Assembly: GCA_017623895.1 (NCBI GenBank)
Contig: JAGAOB010000047.1
Span: forward strand, 1 to 62,228
DNA from: Clostridia bacterium
GTDB lineage: Bacteria > Bacillota > Clostridia > Oscillospirales > UBA644
Reading direction: 5' to 3'
DNA: 62,228 bases
This document shows, piece after piece, positions 1 to 8,480 of this stretch. The stretch's first letter is position 1. Every line of letters starts with the position of its first letter. Position numbers and translations under genes: made by a program. Below the pieces are notes generated by a model. The model searched no databases, was not told the origin of the DNA, and saw nothing but the letters and a program-made list of their open reading frames with translations.

Positions 1-86
1 ATATCTCGAAAGAGGTATGCCGTATTCTGCATTTGTGTCCACAAATGCAGTGCTTGTCAGGAAAAACAGATAGACTTTCAGGGCAC

Positions 87-125
87 ACAAAAAGCCACGA
101 CTCGTTTGAGACGTGGCTTCTATTT
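87..125. terminator. hairpin terminator 3' of ORF 173..523 (usable on either strand)
   Basis: A 7-bp stem, agccacg (93-99) with cgtggct (112-118), has an A-run on one side and a T-rich run on the other. Confidence 0.45.
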
Positions 126-172
126 TATGGTGTTTTCTCTACAAATTGGAATTTGCTTAATAGTTTTTACTA

Positions 173-523
173 TTATTGTGGTGCGAGCAAGCAACCTTTT
201 CTCGATAAATATATATCTACCATTTCCATAGGGTCACAGCCATTGATTTCCTCAATCACAATGTTATCCCAAATTTCCAGAAGGGATTTACCATCAAAAA
301 CATTGGCAGATGAAAATTCTTCAAAAGTTAGATAATCGTATGCATTTTTCCCATCAGGTGTAAGGCCATACCAAAAAACATCTTTCTTCGTTTTCCTATC
401 TGGCATTTTACCCATCCAACAAAAATTGAACTTATCGTTTTCTTTTACTAAAAATAGTATTTCAATACAGGAACGGCCTTTTGTATCAAAGGACATTAGT
501 TTTTGAAACAACTCAAAAGTCAT
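173..523 (-). CDS. small hypothetical protein (116 aa) in an AT-rich segment
   Basis: I moved the start from the ORF-track start to the ATG at 523 (MTFELFQKL...) because AGGGAGGA lies 7 nt upstream. I recognise no family motif. The region is visibly more AT-rich than the rest of the window. Confidence 0.5.
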   Translation of the reverse strand: MTFELFQKLMSFDTKGRSCIEILFLVKENDKFNFCWMGKMPDRKTKKDVFWYGLTPDGKNAYDYLTFEEFSSANVFDGKSLLEIWDNIVIEEINGCDPMEMVDIYLSRKGCLLAPQ

Positions 524-617
524 AGCATATCCTCCCTTCGTCAAATTCAAGTTTGTCGATTAGTTTTATATCCAATTTGAATTATACCATAAAATGATCG
601 GAATGTAAATAATGTTA

Positions 618-3296
618 TTAGCCTGTCAGTTTAACATATCCATCAAAACTGTCCTTTAGGGTACGCAGCGTTGCCTCTCGCTTTTTGATTCCGTTCTTTT
701 CGGGGGAGGGGGACTGTCCTGCGTCCTCCGATTCCACGTATACGTAGGTGTGCTGGATCACGTTGATTCCGTCTTCGATTGTTCCGCTTTCTTCTCCCGT
801 GGCGGTGAGCATATAATTACCCTCGATTCCTGCAAAGGTTTTTTCGGATTTCAGCAGGTTTGCCTCCAGGGTGACCGAGCCGCCGTTGGCGGTGGCGTGG
901 TATACGGGGGAGGTGTTCCAGATGCAGCCGTACACCGAGATTTTTCCGTTTCCTTCCGCGGCAACCGTGGTTTCGTAGGGGGAGGAGATGATGCCTGCCC
1001 GTAATTCTACGGCACCCGCCCGTGCGCAGATCAGATTCCCGATCCGGGAGGTCCCCGTAAGGACCCAGCCTTGCAGGGTTGTAGTGCCTGTCATCGTTTC
1101 GGTTCCTGAGAAAAAGACGGTGGATTCTCCGTGATCCGACGGGGAGAAGCCCGATGCGGTGATTTGGACCTTTCCCGTATGATTTGCGTTGATTCCCTCC
1201 GTCGTTCCCTTCAGGGTGACGAGAGTTGCGGAAAGGTCGGTGGAGCCTGTCAACTCGATCGCCGTTTTCAGATTGCTTGCCCAAAGCCCCGAAGCGGTGA
1301 GCACAGCATTTTCCATCGTGATTCCCACGGCACCGCGGGAGGCGATGGGGTCGGATACGGTAACGTTGCGCAGTGTCAGATTTTTTACGTTCTGCAGGGT
1401 AATGCCTTGTCGGGTGGCGTTGACCGTAAGACGCTCGATTACTCCGGTTTCTCCCGCAAGAAAACGAATTGCGCGGCTTGCGGTGACCGAAACTCCGCTG
1501 ATGCGTACGTTGGAAGCGTTGGATTCCACGGCGTAGACGTCGTCGGAGCCCGAGGGGAGTGCTCCTTGACGGATTTCCAGATCCTCCAGGGATGCGTTTT
1601 CCTTCAGCTCCACAAAGGCTGCGGAGGTGTTTTGTGTCAGTTCAAAGCTCAACACGGTGCGGTAATCGTTCTCGCTGCCCACGCCGATAAATCGCACCGA
1701 TTCGGGAACGGAAAGGACCGATTTGAATTTATAGATTCCTTCAGGCAAAAAGACCGTTCCCTTTTCCTTTTCCGCGGCGGCAAAGGCCGCCTGCAGGGCG
1801 GGGGAGTTGTCCTCCGATTGCGGCGACGCACCGTAATCTCCTGCGTGGATGACGGGTCCGTTGGCAAAGGTCCGAGGGGGTTCCTTCAACGAGGAAATCA
1901 CGGTGTTTTCTATGGTTTTCGCGTCTTGCTCGGGAATGGAAAACAGAAGCTTTGAGGATTCTTCAATGGAGGGCGCACGGTAGAGAAGTCCAAAAGCGTT
2001 TTTTCCCAGCGTTGCCTTTTCGTTTTCCGTCTTAAAGGTGGGAGAAAGGGCGAGGAAGGTGTCCTCCGCCATATCGAAGCAGACGTTCCACCACGTGCCG
2101 AAATTACAATGGTAAAAGGATACGAAGGAGTGATTCTCCGCCTTGATCACCGTTTTGGGAAGTCCTGCAAAGGTGCAGCCCGAAAAAAGCACGGGGGCAT
2201 TTGCCTCCTTTGCGATCTCCACGGTATTTGCTCCCGCATCGTTGTCGGGACGCAGGGTGGAATCGGCAAAGCAGATTCCCGTTTGAGGCAGAGATTGAAT
2301 ATATACGGGCCGATCGGTAGACGAGACAGTCAATTCCTTGGTCAGAAGGATCCCGCTTTGCTGTGGGGGGACGTTGTACAGAACTCCCACCGCGGCGTCT
2401 TCCGCAAAAACGCGGTTCAGTGTTACGTCGTTGACGTTTTCCAGAAGGATGCCGTGCATCTTTTCGTGCAAATATCGGGTCAGCGCAGGGTATCCCTTTC
2501 CGTCGGAGAAGACCGAGGGAGCGTAGTTCAGCCAATAGGTGGGGGAGATCTGACAGTCCTCGATGATTACGGTGCTGTCGTTGTCGGTCACGAGGATCCC
2601 GTAATCCAAGGGCGACATCCAAAGGGATCTCAGCTCCGCCCGCCCGCTTCCCGTGATGCAGATCCCGTGATAGGGATTGAGCAGGGTAATCTGTCGAAGC
2701 ACGACCGACCCCGTCCCGTAGACCGTTGCGGGGTATTGTATGATTTTCTCGGGGTCCTGCTCTTCGTAATAAACGGTGATCCCCTCCAGGGCGGCACCGC
2801 TTTCCAGTGTGATCAACGGCGTCTTCTGAAGGTCCTTGGTGTTCGCAACCAAAAGGATCGTTTTTCCGCCGTCGGAAATTTTAGCGTTGGGTGGAGAGAA
2901 GTCCCCCCGCAGGGTAACTCCTTTCGAAAGGGTCAGCGGCTCGGTGATACGGTAGATCCCTTGGGGAAGATACACCGTTCCGCCCGTTTCCGCCGCCCGT
3001 TGCAGGCTTTCCTTCAAGGGCTTGGTGTCGTTGGAAACCCCGTCCCCCTTTGCCCCGTTCAGGGTGGGGAAATAATTTGCGGCAAAGTATTCGTCGTTGG
3101 ATTGATCTGCCCGCAGCAGCATAGAAACCCCGTCCTTTGCTCCATCAAGAGGATTGAGTGGGGTGGAGGGGGTAGCTTGAGGGTCGGGATGGGATGCGGT
3201 CAGGACGATGATCAGGGCGAACAATGCGCAGAGCAGGGTCAGCCCTGCCGCTCCGAAGGCGGCGATGCGGGTTTGGAGGGGAAATGATCGTTTCAT
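618..3296 (-). CDS. membrane-anchored or secreted protein with two right-handed beta-helix (pectate-lyase-3 / tailspike-like) modules
   Basis: I chose the start at MKRSFPLQTRIAAFGAAGLTLLCALFALIIVL, which gives an N-terminal hydrophobic anchor or signal. Two copies of the module-opening motif are present: GDGVSNDTKPLKESLQRAAETGGTVYLPQGIYRI and SPALQAAFAAAEKEKGTVFLPEGIYKF. The body is Gly/Thr/Asn-rich and repeat-like. Confidence 0.7.
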   Translation of the reverse strand: MKRSFPLQTRIAAFGAAGLTLLCALFALIIVLTASHPDPQATPSTPLNPLDGAKDGVSMLLRADQSNDEYFAANYFPTLNGAKGDGVSNDTKPLKESLQRAAETGGTVYLPQGIYRITEPLTLSKGVTLRGDFSPPNAKISDGGKTILLVANTKDLQKTPLITLESGAALEGITVYYEEQDPEKIIQYPATVYGTGSVVLRQITLLNPYHGICITGSGRAELRSLWMSPLDYGILVTDNDSTVIIEDCQISPTYWLNYAPSVFSDGKGYPALTRYLHEKMHGILLENVNDVTLNRVFAEDAAVGVLYNVPPQQSGILLTKELTVSSTDRPVYIQSLPQTGICFADSTLRPDNDAGANTVEIAKEANAPVLFSGCTFAGLPKTVIKAENHSFVSFYHCNFGTWWNVCFDMAEDTFLALSPTFKTENEKATLGKNAFGLLYRAPSIEESSKLLFSIPEQDAKTIENTVISSLKEPPRTFANGPVIHAGDYGASPQSEDNSPALQAAFAAAEKEKGTVFLPEGIYKFKSVLSVPESVRFIGVGSENDYRTVLSFELTQNTSAAFVELKENASLEDLEIRQGALPSGSDDVYAVESNASNVRISGVSVTASRAIRFLAGETGVIERLTVNATRQGITLQNVKNLTLRNVTVSDPIASRGAVGITMENAVLTASGLWASNLKTAIELTGSTDLSATLVTLKGTTEGINANHTGKVQITASGFSPSDHGESTVFFSGTETMTGTTTLQGWVLTGTSRIGNLICARAGAVELRAGIISSPYETTVAAEGNGKISVYGCIWNTSPVYHATANGGSVTLEANLLKSEKTFAGIEGNYMLTATGEESGTIEDGINVIQHTYVYVESEDAGQSPSPEKNGIKKREATLRTLKDSFDGYVKLTG

Positions 3297-3387
3297 AAAA
3301 GCTCCTCGGTGGACCAATTTGCAGTGGTATAGGTTTGGAGGGAGAAGGATTGTTTTATAAAAGCTCCTCGGTGGGCCAATTTGCGGC
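3295..3387. repeat. 62-bp-spaced direct duplication of a gene-end/gene-start junction
   Basis: ataaaagctcctcggtggaccaatttgcag (3295-) matches ataaaagctcctcggtgggccaatttgcgg (3357-). One copy holds the last codons and TAA of CDS 3355..4644. The other holds the RBS and ATG of CDS 618..3296. Confidence 0.85.
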
Positions 3388-4644
3388 GATGCGAACGCAG
3401 GCACCCTTTTTCAAAAAGGTGGAAAGCAGATGCTCCGTAATCTCCCTTGCAGGAGCGTTGCCCACGGTGATCAGGGGGTGATTGAGAAGAATCATATCGT
3501 TTTTCTTGGTATGATGGAAGATTTCTGCCAAGGCGGCAACCTCTTGCTCCATCGTTTTTCCCTTGGAATCGTATACCACGACCGTCTGATCGGGGCAGAA
3601 AACTGCGTCTGCGGCGACGATGGGAAGGCCCGCGGCGGCAAAAATCTGGGTGCGGGCAATAATCTTCAAAATTTCCGTTCCCCATTCTCCTGCGTAGGCT
3701 TCCAACGGTCGGGAGGTCAAGGTGACGGGAGAAAGGGCAGGCCCCATCATCTCCCGCAGATCCCGTATGGATTTTCCTGCGGGGCTCTGCGTTGCCAGAG
3801 GGGAGGGAAACAGCCATTCAAAACCCTTTGTCCCCGCCCATTCACAGATCGAGAGGGCAAAGCGATAGAATACCAATCCCTCCTTCAGGGGGAGAAACGC
3901 AGTGCGGATCTGGTTGGTCAAGGCACGGAAGGTGTCTGAAAGACGGAAGATCGCTTGGGTGGTCAGCTCCAAAGCCCGATCCTTGGGCAGATCTGCGGAA
4001 AAATCCTCCCGACGGGGGGGATGCTTTTTCAAAAATTTTCCGTCATCGTTGCCCAGATACCGAAGATCGGCGGCAGCGGCGGCACCCACAGCGTCGGTGT
4101 GGATCTGCAATACCGCTTTCGCTTTTTCAGACTTTAATAACGGGTAGTTTCCGATCTCTTGGGTCAGTTTTTTGACTGATTCGGATTCCCCGTGCTGACG
4201 CAAAAACTCCGATAGGGCAAAAAGCCCGCCGGAATCGGGAGTGAGCCGCGCCGTTTCGTCGGCACTACGACGCAAAAAGCTCAAATGCTCCATAAGGCTG
4301 ACGGTATTCACCTTGAGTGCCTCAAGGGCTTGTTCGTAATCGGCGTCGGGGGGTAGATCCCGTTCCCGTTTTGCCGTTTCGTACAATCCCTCCCACTTGC
4401 GGCAAATGTCCTCGTATTTGTCGAAAAGAGCAGGAGATCGGAGAAAATCCTCGGTGATCTCCTTTCGGAACGCGATGTCCTTTCGGGAAGTGCGCAGACT
4501 CAAAATTTTCAGCAGCACGGCGTGATCTTCCTCCCCTACGGGAAGGGGTTCCAGAAACGCCAGCGTCTCTTCGGAATACACCGATTGCGTGGGCTTGTCC
4601 GGGTCTGCGAACAACAAGCTGAAGCGGGGGCGGAGGTCTTTCAT
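3355..4644 (-). CDS. MutS domain-V-like protein with degenerate ATPase motifs
   Basis: The start MKDLRPRFSLLF overlaps the upstream stop as ATGA (4641-4644). The N-terminal pattern SLLF..D...I.FRKEI..DF is typical of MutS-related proteins. The C-terminal stretch IARTQIFAAAGLPIVAADAV....KTMEQEVAALAEIFHHTKKNDMILLNHPLITVGN....RIAANWPTEEL aligns by eye to MutS LAQIG.FVPA...STFMVEM.E.A.IL..AT..SLVL.DE.GRGT....F.TH..EL. Walker A is absent and Walker B DE is replaced by NH. Confidence 0.6.
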   Translation of the reverse strand: MKDLRPRFSLLFADPDKPTQSVYSEETLAFLEPLPVGEEDHAVLLKILSLRTSRKDIAFRKEITEDFLRSPALFDKYEDICRKWEGLYETAKRERDLPPDADYEQALEALKVNTVSLMEHLSFLRRSADETARLTPDSGGLFALSEFLRQHGESESVKKLTQEIGNYPLLKSEKAKAVLQIHTDAVGAAAAADLRYLGNDDGKFLKKHPPRREDFSADLPKDRALELTTQAIFRLSDTFRALTNQIRTAFLPLKEGLVFYRFALSICEWAGTKGFEWLFPSPLATQSPAGKSIRDLREMMGPALSPVTLTSRPLEAYAGEWGTEILKIIARTQIFAAAGLPIVAADAVFCPDQTVVVYDSKGKTMEQEVAALAEIFHHTKKNDMILLNHPLITVGNAPAREITEHLLSTFLKKGACVRIAANWPTEELL

Positions 4645-6041
4645 ACGTCTGCCTCCTTTTCTTCGGTCAATCTGTGGCGTTGTAATAATTCTTCTAAGGT
4701 GCGGTCGGTTCCGACCTGCAGCAGGGTGCAAGAGGGGAGCAGGTTCCCGTAGACCTTTTTCTCCAGGACCGAAAGGTTACTTTTACTGCAGATGCGAACG
4801 ACACTTCGGGTGTTCTGCTCCGCCAGGCGCAGCAACACCTCGGTGACTGCCGCATCTTCTTGTCGGGGAAGCATCGCGTCAAACATATGCCCGCAAAGAC
4901 AGAGACTGTCCTCGGTGAGATGCTCGGTGGAAAGCCGTTCCTTTTGGTCCCGTTCCAGCAGGGTGACGGGGGCAATCTGCGCTTCCCGTGCGAAGACCAA
5001 TCCTCCCGCAGAGGCGGCAAGGTGAGCAAATCCGACGGCGTTTAAGTAAGCTTCGGCGTCGGGACCGCAAACGACGGTGAGGTGATTCAGGGGAGAGGTG
5101 CTGAAATCCTGCCGTTGCACGTCTCCCGATTGGGAGGTGTAGCAAAGCTCCGTGATTTCGGAATAAAAACCCGTATTTCGGAAGACGGGACGGCAAAGGG
5201 AGTATCCCGCACTTTGTCCTCGGGTATAGATCTCGTTTGCCGCAACGAAGGCAAGGGCTTCGTTTCCGAGGCGAAGGATCTCCTCCGTTCCCGCGGCGGC
5301 GAAGGATTCGGTAAAATCCTCCAAGCGGCGGGCAAGCCTCGGATCCTTGCGAATAATGCCCGTCAGTACGGCGATTTCAATATCCGTATACGGCCGTTGG
5401 CAGGGAGGTTTCTCCTCGGAACGGGAGACGCCGAATTCGGCAAGGACCCGATCGGCGAAGCGGCGGACGCCCTCTGCCTCGTCGGATTCCTTCCGAAGAC
5501 GGACGGTGGGCTCCCCGTCGGTGGGATTTCCCACCGCAAGGGTAAATCCGTAGGAAAATCCAAGGGCACGGATCACCTCGGCGGCCTTGACCTTTAATTC
5601 TTTGTATTCAAAGCTTTCTCCGTAATTGCGGCAACAAAGAAAGCAACGCTTTGCCGCGGCACTTTCGGGGACATAGGACGAAAGAGAGTCGCAAAAGCGG
5701 TCAAACTGCCGTGAGAAATCCTGAAAGGCGGTGACGGTCAGCAGATGGTGGATCTCCACCGTTTCCCCCGAGGGACAGACCTGCTTTTGAATGGATCTCA
5801 ATTCTGAAAGATCCCGAAAAATTTCCGCTAATTTCGGAGATTTTACCAATTCCTCCGCCAGCTCTGCCCGATAGGTCAGCACCGCGGGATCGGGGCAGGC
5901 GTGAGTCAAAAGCTGTACCAGAGCATCTCGGCGGGCTTGGGGCAGCTCGGCGATTGCTTCAATGCCGTCCAAAATTCCGCCGTGGGATAAGGGGATTTCG
6001 GGATATTCTTTTCCGTCAGGGTAGCGAAGGCTTACAAACAT
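4641..6041 (-). CDS. MutS-related protein, second degenerate paralog
   Basis: VLTYRAELAEELVKSPKLAEIFRDL matches the MutS-related N-terminal pattern. VVCGPDAEAYLNAVGFAHLAASAGGLVFA sits where ITGPNMGGKSTFLR..G......AQ.G..VPA is expected, and GKS/T is missing. The gene is translationally coupled to the next gene. Confidence 0.5.
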   Translation of the reverse strand: MFVSLRYPDGKEYPEIPLSHGGILDGIEAIAELPQARRDALVQLLTHACPDPAVLTYRAELAEELVKSPKLAEIFRDLSELRSIQKQVCPSGETVEIHHLLTVTAFQDFSRQFDRFCDSLSSYVPESAAAKRCFLCCRNYGESFEYKELKVKAAEVIRALGFSYGFTLAVGNPTDGEPTVRLRKESDEAEGVRRFADRVLAEFGVSRSEEKPPCQRPYTDIEIAVLTGIIRKDPRLARRLEDFTESFAAAGTEEILRLGNEALAFVAANEIYTRGQSAGYSLCRPVFRNTGFYSEITELCYTSQSGDVQRQDFSTSPLNHLTVVCGPDAEAYLNAVGFAHLAASAGGLVFAREAQIAPVTLLERDQKERLSTEHLTEDSLCLCGHMFDAMLPRQEDAAVTEVLLRLAEQNTRSVVRICSKSNLSVLEKKVYGNLLPSCTLLQVGTDRTLEELLQRHRLTEEKEADV

Positions 6042-6074
6042 TCCGCACGCCCTCTCCTTCCTTTGATTCGTTCG

Positions 6075-7118
6075 TTATACGGTTCCTGCAGGGAGTGCCA
6101 GATCTACGATCCGCTGGCACAGCGCATCGTATCCGATCCCTGCGGCGGCAGCTTCTTGAGGCAGAAGACTGCTGGGTGTCATTCCGGGGAGCGTGTTTGC
6201 CTCAAGGCAGTAGAAAATTCCTTGGTTCTGCTCCAGAATAAAGTCGATTCGGCAATAGCATCCGAGGCGCAATACCCGTGCCACCCGTTCCGCCAAGGCT
6301 TGGACCTGTTCCAGTTCCGCCTCGGTCAGGGACGCGGGACAGATCTCCTCCGTCGCTCCTGCCTGATATTTGTTTTTGTAGTCGTAAAATCCCGTTTTGG
6401 GAATGATTTCAATGGGAGGCAACGCTGTTCCGTCCAGGACGCCCACGGAAAATTCCCGACCCGAAATCTTTTTCTCGATCAAAATCAGATCTTCGTATTT
6501 TTTCGCTTCCTCCAACGCTTGCTTCAGCTCCTCCTCCGTATGTACGATGGAAATGCCCACGCTGGAGCCGCAGGAGCAGGGTTTGACCACGCAGGGCAGA
6601 GCGACCGATGAGGGAAGGCGGTCTTGCTTCAGATCCAACGTGATCCAATCGGCGGTGGGGATGCCCTCCGTTTTCAGAAGCTTTTTGGTGATGTCTTTAT
6701 CCATCGCAAGCACGCAGCCCACGTGGGTCGAGCCTGTGAAACGGATGTTTTCGGTCTCCAGAATCGCCTGCATCTGTCCGTTTTCTCCCATCGCGCCGTG
6801 GAGCGCCATAAAAACGAGATCGGCGTGATGGCACAGCGTTAACACGTTTTTGCCTACCAAGGAGCCGTGATACGCTTTCTTTTTCAATTCCTCCATATCA
6901 GGAGCGATTTGCTCGATGCGATAGGAATATTCCTCATCTCCTGCCCGACGGAACATCGAATCAAGCTCTTCGTTCTGCGGAATCTCAAGGCCCAAAAAAG
7001 CGTCGACCAGCAGTACGCTGTGTCCCGAACGCATCAACGAATTTGCAATCAGGCTTCCCGAAGAAAGGGAAACGTCCCGTTCGGGGGAATATCCCCCTGC
7101 AAGTACTACGATTTTCAT
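6075..7118 (-). CDS. ddl: D-alanine--D-alanine ligase
   Basis: MKIVVLAGGYSPERDVSLSSG, ALHGAMGENGQMQ and an ATP-grasp body. Length is 347 aa with a good RBS. Confidence 0.93.
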   Translation of the reverse strand: MKIVVLAGGYSPERDVSLSSGSLIANSLMRSGHSVLLVDAFLGLEIPQNEELDSMFRRAGDEEYSYRIEQIAPDMEELKKKAYHGSLVGKNVLTLCHHADLVFMALHGAMGENGQMQAILETENIRFTGSTHVGCVLAMDKDITKKLLKTEGIPTADWITLDLKQDRLPSSVALPCVVKPCSCGSSVGISIVHTEEELKQALEEAKKYEDLILIEKKISGREFSVGVLDGTALPPIEIIPKTGFYDYKNKYQAGATEEICPASLTEAELEQVQALAERVARVLRLGCYCRIDFILEQNQGIFYCLEANTLPGMTPSSLLPQEAAAAGIGYDALCQRIVDLALPAGTV

Positions 7119-7137
7119 AGGTCGGTCTCCTCTCGGC

Positions 7138-8313
7138 TTATTTCAGCTTAATAAATCCATACGTATCCCCCGATTTTACAAGGGCGATGCCGTCCTCGGT
7201 AAAGTCTCCCACGTCGGTCCATTTCATTCCTGAAATGGCGGTACCCTCCCGATTGATAAAGCCCCATTTTTTTCCGTTACTGACGGCGGCAAAGCCAATT
7301 TGGAAGTCTCTTGCGTCGGGGTATTGGGGTGCGATGATCTCCTTGCCCGTGGTGTCAATATATCCGAAGGACCATTCCGAGCCGTTGGGGATTCCCACCC
7401 GCGCAACCTCAGACATCGTGAAGGAGTAGGCCTTTTGGTAGGTCTTTTCGGTGATCCGCTCACCGCTTTTGTTGATATAGGTGTAAAGGCGATCCTTTTC
7501 CACTACCGCACAGCCGCAGGAAAAGTCCTCTGCGCCGTCCCACGCGGGCTCGATCACGTATGCCCCCGTATTATCAATATATCCGTAAGGCGTCGTGTAT
7601 TCCTTGCACGCGGCGGCAAGCCCCTCGGAAAAGGGCTTTGCGTCATACCACGAGAAGGGCAGGATCTGTCTTCCCGTAAAGTCGATATATCCCGTGTTGA
7701 TTCCCTTGGTGGAATCGCCGTAGAACACGGGGATCAGTCCCTCGCTGGGAGATGCATTTCCGCCGTAAATGAATTGGGTGATTGCGGTTCCCGTTTTATC
7801 AATAAAGCCGTAACGGTTTCCCTTCTTTACGCAGGCAACGCCGTCCTTAAAGGACGATGCTTCGTCGTAAGCGGCGGGAATGACCTTTTCCCCTTTCGGG
7901 TTGATATATCCGTAATAGTATCCCTCGGAGAAGACCGCAAGACCGTTGGAAAATGCTGCGGCAGAGTCCAGCGTAAAGGGAATGACCAGCTGTCCCTTTC
8001 TGTCAACGTATCCCCATTTCCCCCCGTTTTGTACTGCGGCTAACCCCTCGGAGAAGGAATATGCGGCGTCGTATTGGGGTTCCACGATCACGTTTCCGTT
8101 GATATCAATATATCCCCATTTCCCGTCCTTTTTGACGGCGGCGCGGTTCTCGGAAAAGTCGCGGGCTCCGTCCCACGTTCCCTCCAACGAATACAAATAC
8201 TCGTTGTCTACGGTGGGCATACGGTTCGAAAGCAAAAGGATCCCGACGACGATTGCCGCCGCAACGACCAAGACCGCAAGAGGAATGATCCAGAGAAGAA
8301 TACGTTTTTTCAT
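7138..8313 (-). CDS. WG-repeat (KWG) protein with N-terminal membrane anchor
   Basis: It carries a repeated GKWGYIDxxGxxVIxPxYD motif about ten times and an N-terminal hydrophobic helix. Confidence 0.85.
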   Translation of the reverse strand: MKKRILLWIIPLAVLVVAAAIVVGILLLSNRMPTVDNEYLYSLEGTWDGARDFSENRAAVKKDGKWGYIDINGNVIVEPQYDAAYSFSEGLAAVQNGGKWGYVDRKGQLVIPFTLDSAAAFSNGLAVFSEGYYYGYINPKGEKVIPAAYDEASSFKDGVACVKKGNRYGFIDKTGTAITQFIYGGNASPSEGLIPVFYGDSTKGINTGYIDFTGRQILPFSWYDAKPFSEGLAAACKEYTTPYGYIDNTGAYVIEPAWDGAEDFSCGCAVVEKDRLYTYINKSGERITEKTYQKAYSFTMSEVARVGIPNGSEWSFGYIDTTGKEIIAPQYPDARDFQIGFAAVSNGKKWGFINREGTAISGMKWTDVGDFTEDGIALVKSGDTYGFIKLK

Positions 8314-8480
8314 AGGGATACTCCTTAAATATAGTTATACGTTATAATAATACCATATTTTTTTGAAAAATGCAAGGGCATTTTTGCAGAAGAATCGTGA
8401 CATTGGTATATTTTTCTGATCCGAGGGGATGATAAAAGCAAAAAAGACAGCAGTATCAAGAAAAAGGAAGGGTATTTTCA

